Shown: positions 16,734 to 28,700 of the stretch, piece after piece | Layout: each line of letters begins with the position of its first letter | Position numbering within the stretch: position 1 is the first letter of the stretch | Virus record (IMG/VR): IMGVR_UViG_3300033076_000593 | Coordinates: 3,719-67,718 of that record | Strand: one strand, 5' to 3' | Source of the DNA: a virus | Taxonomy: Duplodnaviria > Caudoviricetes | Length of the DNA: 64,000 nucleotides | Position numbers and translations under genes: made by a program | Notes under the pieces: model-generated | Database searches by the model: none | What the model was told of the DNA's origin: nothing | The model's input: only the letters and a program-made list of their open reading frames with translations

Positions 16734-19700
16734 TTATTTACTTTCAATTTTTTTATCTTTAACCTTATAATAATTAGTTTTTATAGGCTTAACATTTGTT
16801 AATTTCTTTTCGTATTGATACAAGTCGTAGTAGTATTTTTCCATAGCTTGCTGACCTCCAGCCTCGCTAGCTTCATACATGCTGTAATCGCTATCTGATT
16901 CAATCGATTTAGTAATGTAATCCGTAACCTCTTGATCGTATTCTTCCTTAGCAAATCCTTCTAAGAATTTACCAGAAGCGATATCATCAAAGAATGTTAA
17001 GTTGTCAAAATCTAGTTTTGGATAGCTAGTAGGATCAACATCATACTTCAACTTCTTCTTAGCGTCAAACTTTGCCTTCTCTGCTAAAAATTTAATAACA
17101 GCGTACTTGCCTTCATCATTTCTATCCTTCAAAGCATATCTATTATTCTTTATTTCATCTTGAATGTAATTCTTGAATAACATAGTAGCTTCTTGAGTTA
17201 GAGCTTCAGATCTTAACTTTTTCTTTTCAGCCGAAACAAATTTGCTATTGTCTTGTACCGATAGAACACCAATACCATTTTGATCAAAGTCTAAAACACC
17301 TGCCACCAAATTATACTTTCCGTCACTTGACATGATTACAACGTCTTGTTGAATAGCTGCTTCATTCTGTAAAGATTTGATAAAGTCTCTTGAGAATGGT
17401 ATTTGCTTACCTTCGATAGCCAATATTAAGTTTGTTGCCATGATTGACGCAGAAAGCATTTTGTTTAAGTCGGCAGTTTCATCATTAAACAACTTGCCTC
17501 CTTCTTCCCATAGGTCGTAAATTGTAGCCTTATTGTGTCCTGGCTCATCAAGATAATCTTTATATAATTTCTGAGTTTCTTGCAATAACATGTACACAGG
17601 AGGAACACTTGTAGCAAAAAGCATAGCGGCAGTTTTTTCTATAGCATTGTATTTCTCAAAGTCAATTCCTTCTGTGAAATAAAGAGATTGTAAAACTTCA
17701 TCAATAGACTGCTTGTCTGCGCCTTTCATATTTCTAGCAAATTGTAACATAGATATAGCCATCGCTCTACCTGAAGCACCATATCTAGATGTGGTTACGT
17801 TAGCCGCAAGGTTGATACCCATAGAGGCAATCATTTTCCACATCTTGTCAGGATTAGTAAACATCTCTAATGTTTCCTCACCTTCTTTTTTCTCCTTGTC
17901 GTCATCGCTGAAATATGCTTTTTGAATGCCTTTTGTAACAGCAAATATCACAACATACATAGTTAAGCTGGCAGATGAAGTGGCAACTTTAAACAAGCCT
18001 CTTCCTAAGTCAGCACCGTTTTTCATTCGGTCTTCTTTAGTAATACCTCTCGCAGCTCTTTTCGCTCCGTATTGCAAGTTGCTAACGTCTCTGTATACGA
18101 AGTTGTTAAACAAGTTCAACATCTGAGCAACCGTATCATTTGAAGATACTAGTCCGCGTCCAACATCAGACTTGCTTCCTTTTCCAGTCAAGGCCATTTT
18201 AGGAACACTAAATAAATCAGGAATCCATCTGTAGTTTGTTCTTGCCTGACCTTTGAACGATCCACCTTTAATAGATTGAATTCTTTGATCAGCAAATGAA
18301 GCTGCTCTATCTAAATCATATTTGTAATCGTTGTCATCAAAATGTTTAGACTCAGAATAATCCTCTCCAGTCAAACGCTTAAACTCAGCTCTGAAATAAG
18401 ACATCCATTCTCCTGGAGTTAGAGGAGCTGTTAAGTTGTGCAATGTTGCAAGAGTATTTTCTAGTTGTTGAGAGAATATATTCTTTGTAACATTTCCTTT
18501 CTTAGTTGTAACCTTAGCTTTGAAATCCCAATTCAAATTCAATACAGGGCTGCCAAATTTATTCATAAGATTTGTAGCCTCTCTGTAAGCTTTTGGATTA
18601 AGACCTTTAAAGCTTAGAGTTCTTAAAACACCCGATCCTAAGTTGGTCAATGTCTCAGCAGTACTTCTGGCAACACCGATCAAAAGTTTTGCAGCGAATG
18701 CCTTTGTCAACTTGGTCAAGAAGTTATTTGCAGATCTGCTAAGTTGATGGTCGACACGATTTCTGTTAGATTGTTGTATCGCATTTAATGTTTTGATATC
18801 AGCTTCTCTTCCTTCTGATCGTGCAGCCTCTCTTGCATTTCTGAACACATCATTAACGTAAGATATTGCATTGCTAATATAAAAATCTCTTGCTGCTTCA
18901 AATGCATTGTTAGCTACTAGAGAGTCAACATTAAATTGTAAAGGTCCAGCAGGATCTTTTGATACACGACTGTAAGAAGATTGAGATCTTACAGTGCCTC
19001 CAACAGCACCTCCATATCCTAACTCAACATCAGAGTCTTCAGATATTCCCTTTCCAATATATCTACGAGGAGAGTAGAATTCAGTAAGCTCACCGTTCAC
19101 ACCTCTTACAGCGTTAGCGTTGATGATTAGCTCACCAGAAGTTCTGTTAGCTTCTCTGAATGCCGCATAAAGCTTTTGCTCACTGTCAGACATAACAGAA
19201 GAAGGATCGTTGATGAAAGCTTCGTATATCTTTCTGTAGTCTAGTTTGCCATCTGTAACAAAGGCTGGGTTAGACAACAAGTTATTGTATACGTCTTCAA
19301 CAATATTCAACACTCCCTCTTCATCGTATATAGCACGAGTAGCAGAATCTTCTTTCAATTGATTTCCCAACCAATCGTTTGTTTTCTCGTTGTATTGATA
19401 AGCCTTGTGGCCAGAGTCTAAGATGTGAGAAAGTATACCAACTCTGTGTTTGAAATACTTCTTCGCATTTACAGAACCGTTTGCGGTTTTAACTCTGTCT
19501 CTCAAGAATAAGAATTTACGATTTGCAAATGATAAATCAGCAGTCTTCTTGTAGTAAGAATCCAAAATCTGATTTACTTTGTCGCTCATCTTCTTAAACG
19601 CTCTGTCTACAGGAGCAATAACAAACTGATACAAAGCATCTCCCTCTTTTAATCCTAGGACATCTTCCCATTGTGCAGCTTCTTCAGAAGATAACTTTCT

Positions 19701-22700
19701 CATCAAAAGGTTAACACCCTTAGTCAACTTATTGTAAATATCTCCCAACTGATCTACAATTCTTAATCCTGCCTTTTGAGATCGAATCTCTACACGATTA
19801 ACCATTTCTCGAACTTCTTTTTCTGGCATAAATCCATACTCCATTCTGTCGAGAGCTTCGTTCAATTTCAATAAGTCTTTTACATCCAAGTTCATTAACT
19901 CAGAAGCAGATAAGCTTCTTAATTTTTCAAACAAGCTCTTCTGTTCTCCAACAAACAAATCATTGGTAGTAATATTAGCAATTTTCTGGAACAAGTCATC
20001 AGTCAACCCTTCTTTCAAGATATCAATTTGATCTTGGTGACCATCTTCATAAACTCTCAATCCATTCTCCATGGTGTAGAGGTCTCCTGAAGCCATTTGC
20101 TCGTGTGTAGCAGCGTCAATCAAACCTTGGTTATACAAAGAGTCTAATATTCTTTTAGCTTTATTCACGGCTCTTACAAACGCTGTGTATTGATCTAGAT
20201 CGTCAATAGTCATAGCCTTAATCTCCGTCAAAGCATCTGTGTAATCAACCAATTCAAATTCTTTCTTACCCAAGTCTGCGCTAAATGCTTTGTCAGCTAA
20301 AGACATATCTAATCCCGTATGATCAGGAATTGGTTTTGCCAATCTAGCAACAGCATCTAAATAACGATCCATTTCAGCATCTGTTAACAGAGGGTTGTTA
20401 TCAGTATCAAACAAAGGAATAGACAAGAATCTCAACACGTCTTCAGTAAACTCGTTGTGTCTTCTCTTAAGAGCCATCTTTCTATTTGAAGCTAAAGCGT
20501 CCATCTTAGCAGCGAACTCTTTATTAGCAACAATCTTGTCAACATACTGCATGAAGTTGTCGATTTGCTTGTCGGTCAAAGAGGTAATTGCTCCAGTAGC
20601 TCTGTTAACAATAGCAGAAATTTGCTGGCTGTTTAATCCGCTTAGCTTAGCTAGCTTCAAATACTCTTTAACAAAGTATCTGAAACTGTTGCGCTTGTTC
20701 TTCTCGGCAGTCTTAGCTTGCTTGAAATCTTCTTTTGTTTTAGCCAACTCTTCTTTCGCCTCTTTCAGTTTTTCTTTCAACTTAAATACATCAGGTCTTT
20801 CATCACCTCTCTTAGCCTTAAGCTCAGCCTTGTTGATTTTATCCCACTGTGCATTTACCGCATTTTTCAATTCGTCAACTGTAAAGAACTCCATGCCATC
20901 TTTGGTAGCGTCAGCAAAGGCTTTGTCTATTGCGATAGACTTAGAAGAGCCATCCATTTCAGAATAAATCTTGGCAACAATAGCAATTTCTTCTGCTAAT
21001 TTGTTTTTCAAGTCTCTCTCTATATTGTCCTCAAACTCTCTCTTCTTCCAAGCAGACATGTCTCTAAATCCTTTGATCTTTCTAACCTTGGCGATCAAGT
21101 CGTTTACTGTATTTAAAATACCAGCACCCTTCTTCACCTTGTTAGCAGACTCGTCAAGAAGTAAAACATATTCTAGCTTATCGCTATTCTTCATTTGGAA
21201 TTTAGTAGTAACACCTTCTTTAGTTGTCAATTCATAAGTAGAATCTTCTGGAGTTCCTTTAACAACATTTTTTGCCAACACTAAAGCCCCCACTTGAACT
21301 ACTTCCTCAGCAGATACTACAGGCATTCCATCAGCTTTATCGTAGAAGAAGCTGTGACGGAATGGATTCATTCCAACCTGAACCCAATTAGGATCGTTCA
21401 TCAACTCTTCAGCTCTTGCATGCACAGACTCTGGACTTTCGTTAACCCAATTTCCGTAAATTCTAGCAATAGTAGTTTTTTCTTTACCAGTAGCAATGTT
21501 TAATGCAGCTAAAGGCTCTACGCCAAAAGAAACATTTTTTATAACTGCTGTTTGTCCATAGCCTATTGATTTTCCTCTGATGGTTCTACCTGCTGATTCA
21601 TGAACTGAAACAACATATACATTGTAATCATTATATGCTGGGATATCTAATCTTAAAGCAACCTCATCTCCATCTTGTAAATCAATATTTAATCCGACAA
21701 TACCTATTTCAACTTTATTACTTGTTAAAGAAGATACAATTTCCTTAATTGTAGGCAATTTCGGAACTTCTAACATTGGGATTATTGGCATGTTCTTTCT
21801 AACAATATCAATAAATGTAGATGGTTTTATCTTACCTTCTTTCAATTGAACGGCTGCTTCCTGAACGTCAGGATTTCTCTTCTGTCTATTACTTACTTTA
21901 TTATCATCTTTCCATTTTTTAACATCCGCTTCAGTCAATCCAGCCTCAGCAAGAGTTTCAACGTAGCTAAGTTTTTTATTATTAATAGCTTGAGCTTTAG
22001 ATCTTGGAGAATATATTCTCAATAGAAGTTGATCTTTTCTAGCAATATCCTCAGTAGACTCTAGAGTTTTAGCCATTTTTTCTTCATCACTTAATCGATT
22101 TCTTCTAGCTGCATTTCTAGCTTCTGTTTCTCCAGCTGATGATTGGTAATATTCGTATTTGCTAGCACTAGTGATAATTCCTTCTCTTTCTTTTTCGCGT
22201 CCAGATTTTGCGTTCTCTTTTGCATTTGCCTGATCCGTAGAGCGAATTGTTTCCTCAATTCTCTTTTTAATAGTATCAATAGTATTTTGTCTGGACTGAA
22301 TATATCTAACACTTTGTTCTGATAACGCTTCAATATTACTCCAATTTCTTGCTCCTTCTATTTCTCTCTCTTTTTCTTTAACCTGATTTTGTAAATAACT
22401 TAACACATGTATAACCTCATCCGTAATAGATTCTGGATTTGCACCCTGTTCAAAAAATTCTCTACCTTGAATATAATGCTGAAGCTCATGTATAATGTTG
22501 CCTATCAATACAGATGGTAAAAGAGCGTCTTTTGATGAAAGTGTTATAACAGGTTTTATATAATCATTAGCATAATATATACTAGCTTCTCCAGAAGAAT
22601 AATCTGGATCAAATTCAACTACAATATCTTTTATTGAATATTTGCGTTTAACCCCTCCAAAACCAGTATTACTCTCAAAAGAGTCTTCTTTACTTCCATA

Positions 22701-25700
22701 CGCTTTATATATTTCTGGAGCATCAAAAATATCTGTTAACTTAGATCTAAAAACAGTTGGCTTCTTTGGGTTATCAAACTTACCCTTAAATATTTTATCT
22801 ACACCACTTTCAAGCAATTCTTGAGAAGGATCAATACCCCCTGCTATTTTTTCAGCAAGATAATCTCCGATAGATCTTCCTGAAGCGATCGCCTCATTTA
22901 CTATCTTACTAATATATTCTTTTCTTATTTCAACCATCCCCTCTTCAGAAACTAGCGTCTTAAGGTTTCCGTCTGGAGCTTCTATTCTCCATAGATCATC
23001 AGCACCTCTTTCCCAGTTAGTTTGAATTCTAATTTCTTCTTTAGACTTGCCTTCTTTTTCCATTAATCTAGCAACATCTAAATCATACATTAGTCTCTTT
23101 GCATTCTTCATTCTAGCGGCCCCGATTGTGCCAATGATTTGAGCTTTTGACTTTGGTAGATTCTTGGTTTCCTTGTCAACAATTTCATTAGCTTGAAACA
23201 TTTCAAGGGCTGGGTTAAACTCAATAGATGAAGGGTAGTCTTTATCAGGTCTTTGATAAAATTCTCCTTTCATTTTCTCTGTTGTCTCAGCTCTCAAATC
23301 TTTACCCCACTTAACAACAATCATTGGGTATCCCAACTTAGCAGCTTCTTGAGCGATGAATGCAGCTTGTTTATTAGGATCAAAAGTTTGTCCTGGATAC
23401 ATCTTATCAAACGTAGCTTTTGCAGCATCGTATAGATTCAATGGATCCTCGTTGAAAGGATATACAAGATCTTTAGGAATTCTTACAACATAACCATACT
23501 TGCCAGACACGTCTAATACGTCAGGGCGAGTGTAGTACATGCTGATATTCAAACCAGGTCTCTCATCTCTTCCTGTTCTTGCTGTGTTCTTACCAAAGTA
23601 CTTAGGATCGATAGAGGAGATTTTATTAGGAGAGTAGTGGTAGAATAAGTAATTACCCTGGCCATCTTCAGTCATATGCTTAGTTAGCTTAGCCTGATCT
23701 ACAAGAGATTCGCCAGCTTTAGCCTGAGCTTTAGATTTTATAGTTGCAGGTTTTGAAGAAAGCTCTTTTGCTTTTTTCTTAAATCCATCTGAAGCGTAAC
23801 TAGATTTTTCAATCGATCCTAATTTTTCATATAATCTTTTTTCAAAATCCCATATCTTTTGCTGAACATCGGCAGGAGTAGAATTTAATTTTTTAGCAAC
23901 AATTGCAAACGCCTCGTCAGCTAATTTTCTTTTTCTAAGACCTGATTTAGTTAATGCCCATGGTGATGTTAAAGCCTTACCTTTTTCTGATAAAGACTCG
24001 CCTGCTAATCTTGCCATAGTTCTAGCGTACCACATGTCTTTTGTAACGGTAGAGTAGTCTCCTATACGATTTAATATGTACGATCCTAACTTAACTCCAG
24101 TAATACCAAAGACTCCCATCCCTCCATTTTCCTTATCAAAATATTCGTTTTCAGTGATGGCTTTAGGTCCTGTTGTTGGCTTGCCCATCATATTTGAAAT
24201 TTCTTCATATGAATGTTTAGACAAAACCCACTCTACAGCTTTGGCAATATCATTATTAAAATGTTCTAATACTTTATTAAATTTCTCCAAAGAATCTACA
24301 GCGTAAGCCTTTGCGATTTGCTTGTACACTACATTTCCTTGCTCGTCAAATTTAGGCTTGCCTGTATCATACCTGCCTTTTGGCCCCATTTCCCACTCGG
24401 TAGCTTGCTCGTCTGAATATCCAGATAAGGTTCCTGTAGTCATATATTTATCAAACACCTCAAGACCTTTAGATGAGTCAAACTCAGGATCTGCTGAAGG
24501 TGAAGCAAATGCGCTAACAATGTGGTATAATGAAATTTCTTCATTTGTCAATTCTCTTCCGTATCTTTCCTGTGCAAATTTTTGCAACTCAGGATTCAAT
24601 CTGTCTGGAATATCCTCGTCATAAAAACCAATATACTCAGAACCCTTTATACTTGACCAGGCATTTATTTCTTTTAAGATGTGATCGCTAAACTTTTTAA
24701 CAATTTCTTTATCGGAAACATTCTCAATTTTATCATCAAAAAGTTTGTTTTCATTAACCCAACCTTCGATGTAATTAGAGATGTCTATTAGACTTTTAAA
24801 CACAGGGGTTTTCTGTTTAAACAGTTTTTCTACCTGAGCTTTATTAGAAGTTTTATCAACTTGTCTTGTCTCTCCGTCATATTTAATTTCTCCCCCGTAA
24901 TAAACTTTGTTTGCCAATGTTTGGAAGAATTCCATAATTTCTTCTGGAGAAGACGTGTCATCAATAGGCTTAAGTTCAGGACCGAAATACTTAGCAATAA
25001 GTTGGTTGATATATTCAGCAACAGACTTTAAAAATGATTTAACATTAGGATCTGACTCGTTTAGTTGAGACAAAACAGCTGTAAGTTCAGACACATATTC
25101 TTCTGCACGGGTAACATCATCGTAAGCCTCATCCGAAGCTAAAGCTTCTGCAAATTCATCTAATGAGATTTCCATCTCCACTCCATTCTCATCAATAGCT
25201 TTTATCTTTTTGCCTTTAGCAAGTTCAGCTATTTTTGATTTAAACTGAGCAAACAGTTTAGGACTATCTCCAAACATTTTAAATAACACAGCGTGTGTCA
25301 TTTCATGCGCTACAGTACGAAGATTAGCAGATTGCAAGTTAATAGCAATAACCCCTTTTTCAACCCCTGGGAAAACTGTAAACAACCCCTTAGAATCCGC
25401 TGAAGCTTTAACAGATTTTGCATAATCTGCATAATCGCTTTCGTTATCAAAAACAATAATATCAAAATTTGGAAGTACCGATTTTAATGTTTTCAATGCT
25501 TTAACCGCCTGATCTACTATTCTCTTTTGATATGGAGTTTTTGCCGCTTTTGCTAATTCTTTAGCTCTATTATTATCAGAAACATTATATCCTTTTGAGT
25601 TAGCGTTATCTAAAACTATGTTATTAACCGCATTAATTAAATCATCTGTCGAAGCTTGAGCATTTTCTTGATTAGAAGTCTCTATCTTATTGCCGTCTTT

Positions 25701-28700
25701 ATCAAGCAAGGTATCGAAATCGTATTCAATAGAAAAGTCTTGTCTCTTACCACCTAAATTAATTGTGCTGTAATAGTTATCTTGAGACTCAAACTTGTCG
25801 TTTCCTTTGACTCTAGGGTGATAAGATCCATCTTGATATACCAATCCATCATGTGTGGCCACAGATTCTTGATCAAATTCTATCGCAAAAGCAACAGCGT
25901 CTTCTCTAGATAAATTAGGAACAAAGAAGCTTAGCTCTGAGTTATCATACTTTCCAAATATTTCATCAGGAACATATCCTCTTTCTTCTAGCCAAGTTCT
26001 AGCAGCTTGATTTCTTTGAGTGTTCTCTTCATCGCTAAGAGCTTTTCTTTGTGGGTTCCAAGCTGTAAGCATTCCAAAAGCACCATTTCTAATAGTCTCT
26101 TTAAATGATTTACGGTCAGGGAAAGAAGACTCAGGCAAATTGTTTTTAGCGTTCTCGTCCCAAGCCTCGTCTCTAACTACTTCTTTCTTCCCACCTTCTT
26201 GGGCAGTACCTTCCCCTTGGACGCTTGATTCCATTCCTGTACGTTCACCCCCTTCTTCTCCAGCTTTTTGCGGTTGGCCTGGAAGAACTTCTGTTGTGCT
26301 TGACTTTTGTACGGCATCTTCTTGTTGTTTTTGTTTATTAGCTTGCTCTCTTGCTTTTAACAATTGAGTGTTAATTAATTCTTTTGCTACAGGAAGGTTT
26401 TCTTCAACCATTCCTCCAGATATCTCAGGGGCAAAGTTTACATCTTTAACAGTGCCATCTTGATTCATTGAGTAAGATACTACTCCCAAATTAGATAGAG
26501 CGTTAGCAAGACTTTCTCCAGCTTCTCTTCTCTTTTTATCAGCGTTAAAAGAAGCAAGTATCTTATTGTCTACCTCTTCAATTTTCGCCATAGACTCTAC
26601 GTCAACAACGCCTAGCTTCTCAGCTTCTTTGATAGCTTTAGTTAGAGTTTGTTTTTGAACATACAAATCTAATATCTCAGCCTTAGCTAAGTCACCAGCC
26701 TTCTTGAAAGGAACTACTTTTTCTAATTCCTTGTAAGTATTATTGATCTTTTGGAAATCCTTATACTGATCGGTATTCTTCACATCGGCATTTCTCTTCT
26801 CCGCTTGAGCTAAAATTTCTTTACCGTTTTGACCGATTTCTAATTGCATGAATTTCAGACCTGCATTCTTATCAGTATTTTCAGAAAGTATTTGTCCAGC
26901 TGTAGTTATAGTTGCGCTAGTTGTACCAATCAAAGCACCAACAGCACCTTGAACTAAAACTTCTTTAGCGGCTTCTGGAAGAGTGTCATTTTTTACATCA
27001 GCTAAGTTCAATATTGTTGACTCTGTAACACCAGAAGCCATTTCTTCACCAGACTCTTTAAGACCGTGAGTAAATATTTTAAATCCAGCATTTCTAGTCA
27101 CTTCATATGCATTTGCTAAAAGTGTCTTAGATATCTGTTGAGCAGTTAATCCATTAGCCAACCCTCTGGAAATAATTTCAGCAGAGTTCTTTTTAATAGT
27201 AATTCCAACAGCATCTGGAAGCTCAGGTACTAAAGCTTCAATGGAAGCCAATGTTCCAGCTGTTAAAGTGCCGAATAGCATAGCTAATCCCTTATCGTAT
27301 CCAGCATCTTCAAACTGCTTAACCATCTCACCTTCCATTACAAGGAAGTTGTATGTAATAATACCAGCTGCTCCACCAGCCATAGAAGCACCCACGTTAT
27401 ACAAAAGATTAGGCATCTGTGATATAACATTGCTATACCACCACATTCCGCTATACTCTTCTAAGTAAGGGTTGACAGCCATCTCTGACCATCTAGTTTT
27501 TCTGAACTCAGTGTTTTGCATGTTAGCATCAACCTCATCCCATGTATTACTATCATCTGTAAATACAGATTCGATAACATTATATGTTTGAAGAAGTCCT
27601 TCGCCAATACCTTTATTTGCAGTAACAATTGTTTTTGCAGTAGATTCTAAAAATCCATCTTCTTTAGCACTCTTTTTCAGGTAAGCATTCCACTCATCCT
27701 CTTTAATCTTGGCTCCAGCGTATGCGCCTGAATAACCTCCATTAACAACAGAATATTGAGGGTTCTCACGAAGGTTGATATCCAAGTTATCTATGGTCGC
27801 TTTTATTGACTTTAAATCGGCAAAACCCTTGTCTTTAGACACGGTGTTTAGCTTGGAACTTAAGAATGCTATTTCCTCGTAATCATCTTTATGAGCATCA
27901 TAAAACTTTTGAAGCTTATCAGCATCTCCACCTAAAGATTTGCTAGACTCTGCTATTTTATTTCTCTCGTCTATTAATTGCTTTTGTTTTTCAAGCAACT
28001 CGTTAACCTTAACAGAGTTTTCATTTTTAATGTAAGACTCTCCTTTCTCGTTCTTTTCTAAATAAGGTTGAAGCTCTCCCTGTAGCTTATCCAGATCGCC
28101 TATCTTTTTGTTTAGTAAATCTAGCAACTCTTGAGCCTTATCTTCATCTGCACCGTCCTTAAGGCGTAGACCGTCACCCTCAATATCATAGTATTGCTTA
28201 AGATCCTCGGAGATTTTTTCAACCTCAGTATTAAGCTTATTTAAATCTGCCGATATCTTTGAAGCTTTTGCAGATCCTTCAGTATCCTTTAAAGTAATCT
28301 GATTGTCTTTTATGTCTGCATATTGAGCAATCTCTGTCTCTATCTCTTTAATAGATTTGTCGTAACCAGAAATAATCTCGTTGTTCTTCTTTATCTCTTG
28401 AAGATTGACATCTAACTCAGCTTTATCTATGCCTAATTTAGATTCTTCCTCAGCTATTTTAGCGTTTAATCTTTCTAGTCTCTTAGAATCTTTGTCGGCA
28501 GTTCTTAAAGCTCCAGAAGCTTTTAAATCATCTGTTTTTAAGTATGCAGATGCGCTATAAAAAGAAGTTACATCATTTAAAGCAGCTCTTCTAATATTCA
28601 TCGCCCATTGAGCATCAGCCTGATATCCCTTACCCATTTCGCCTGCCGCCCTATTAGCAATATCATTCTCATGAATTTGCTTCATGTGGTCAAGGTCCTC

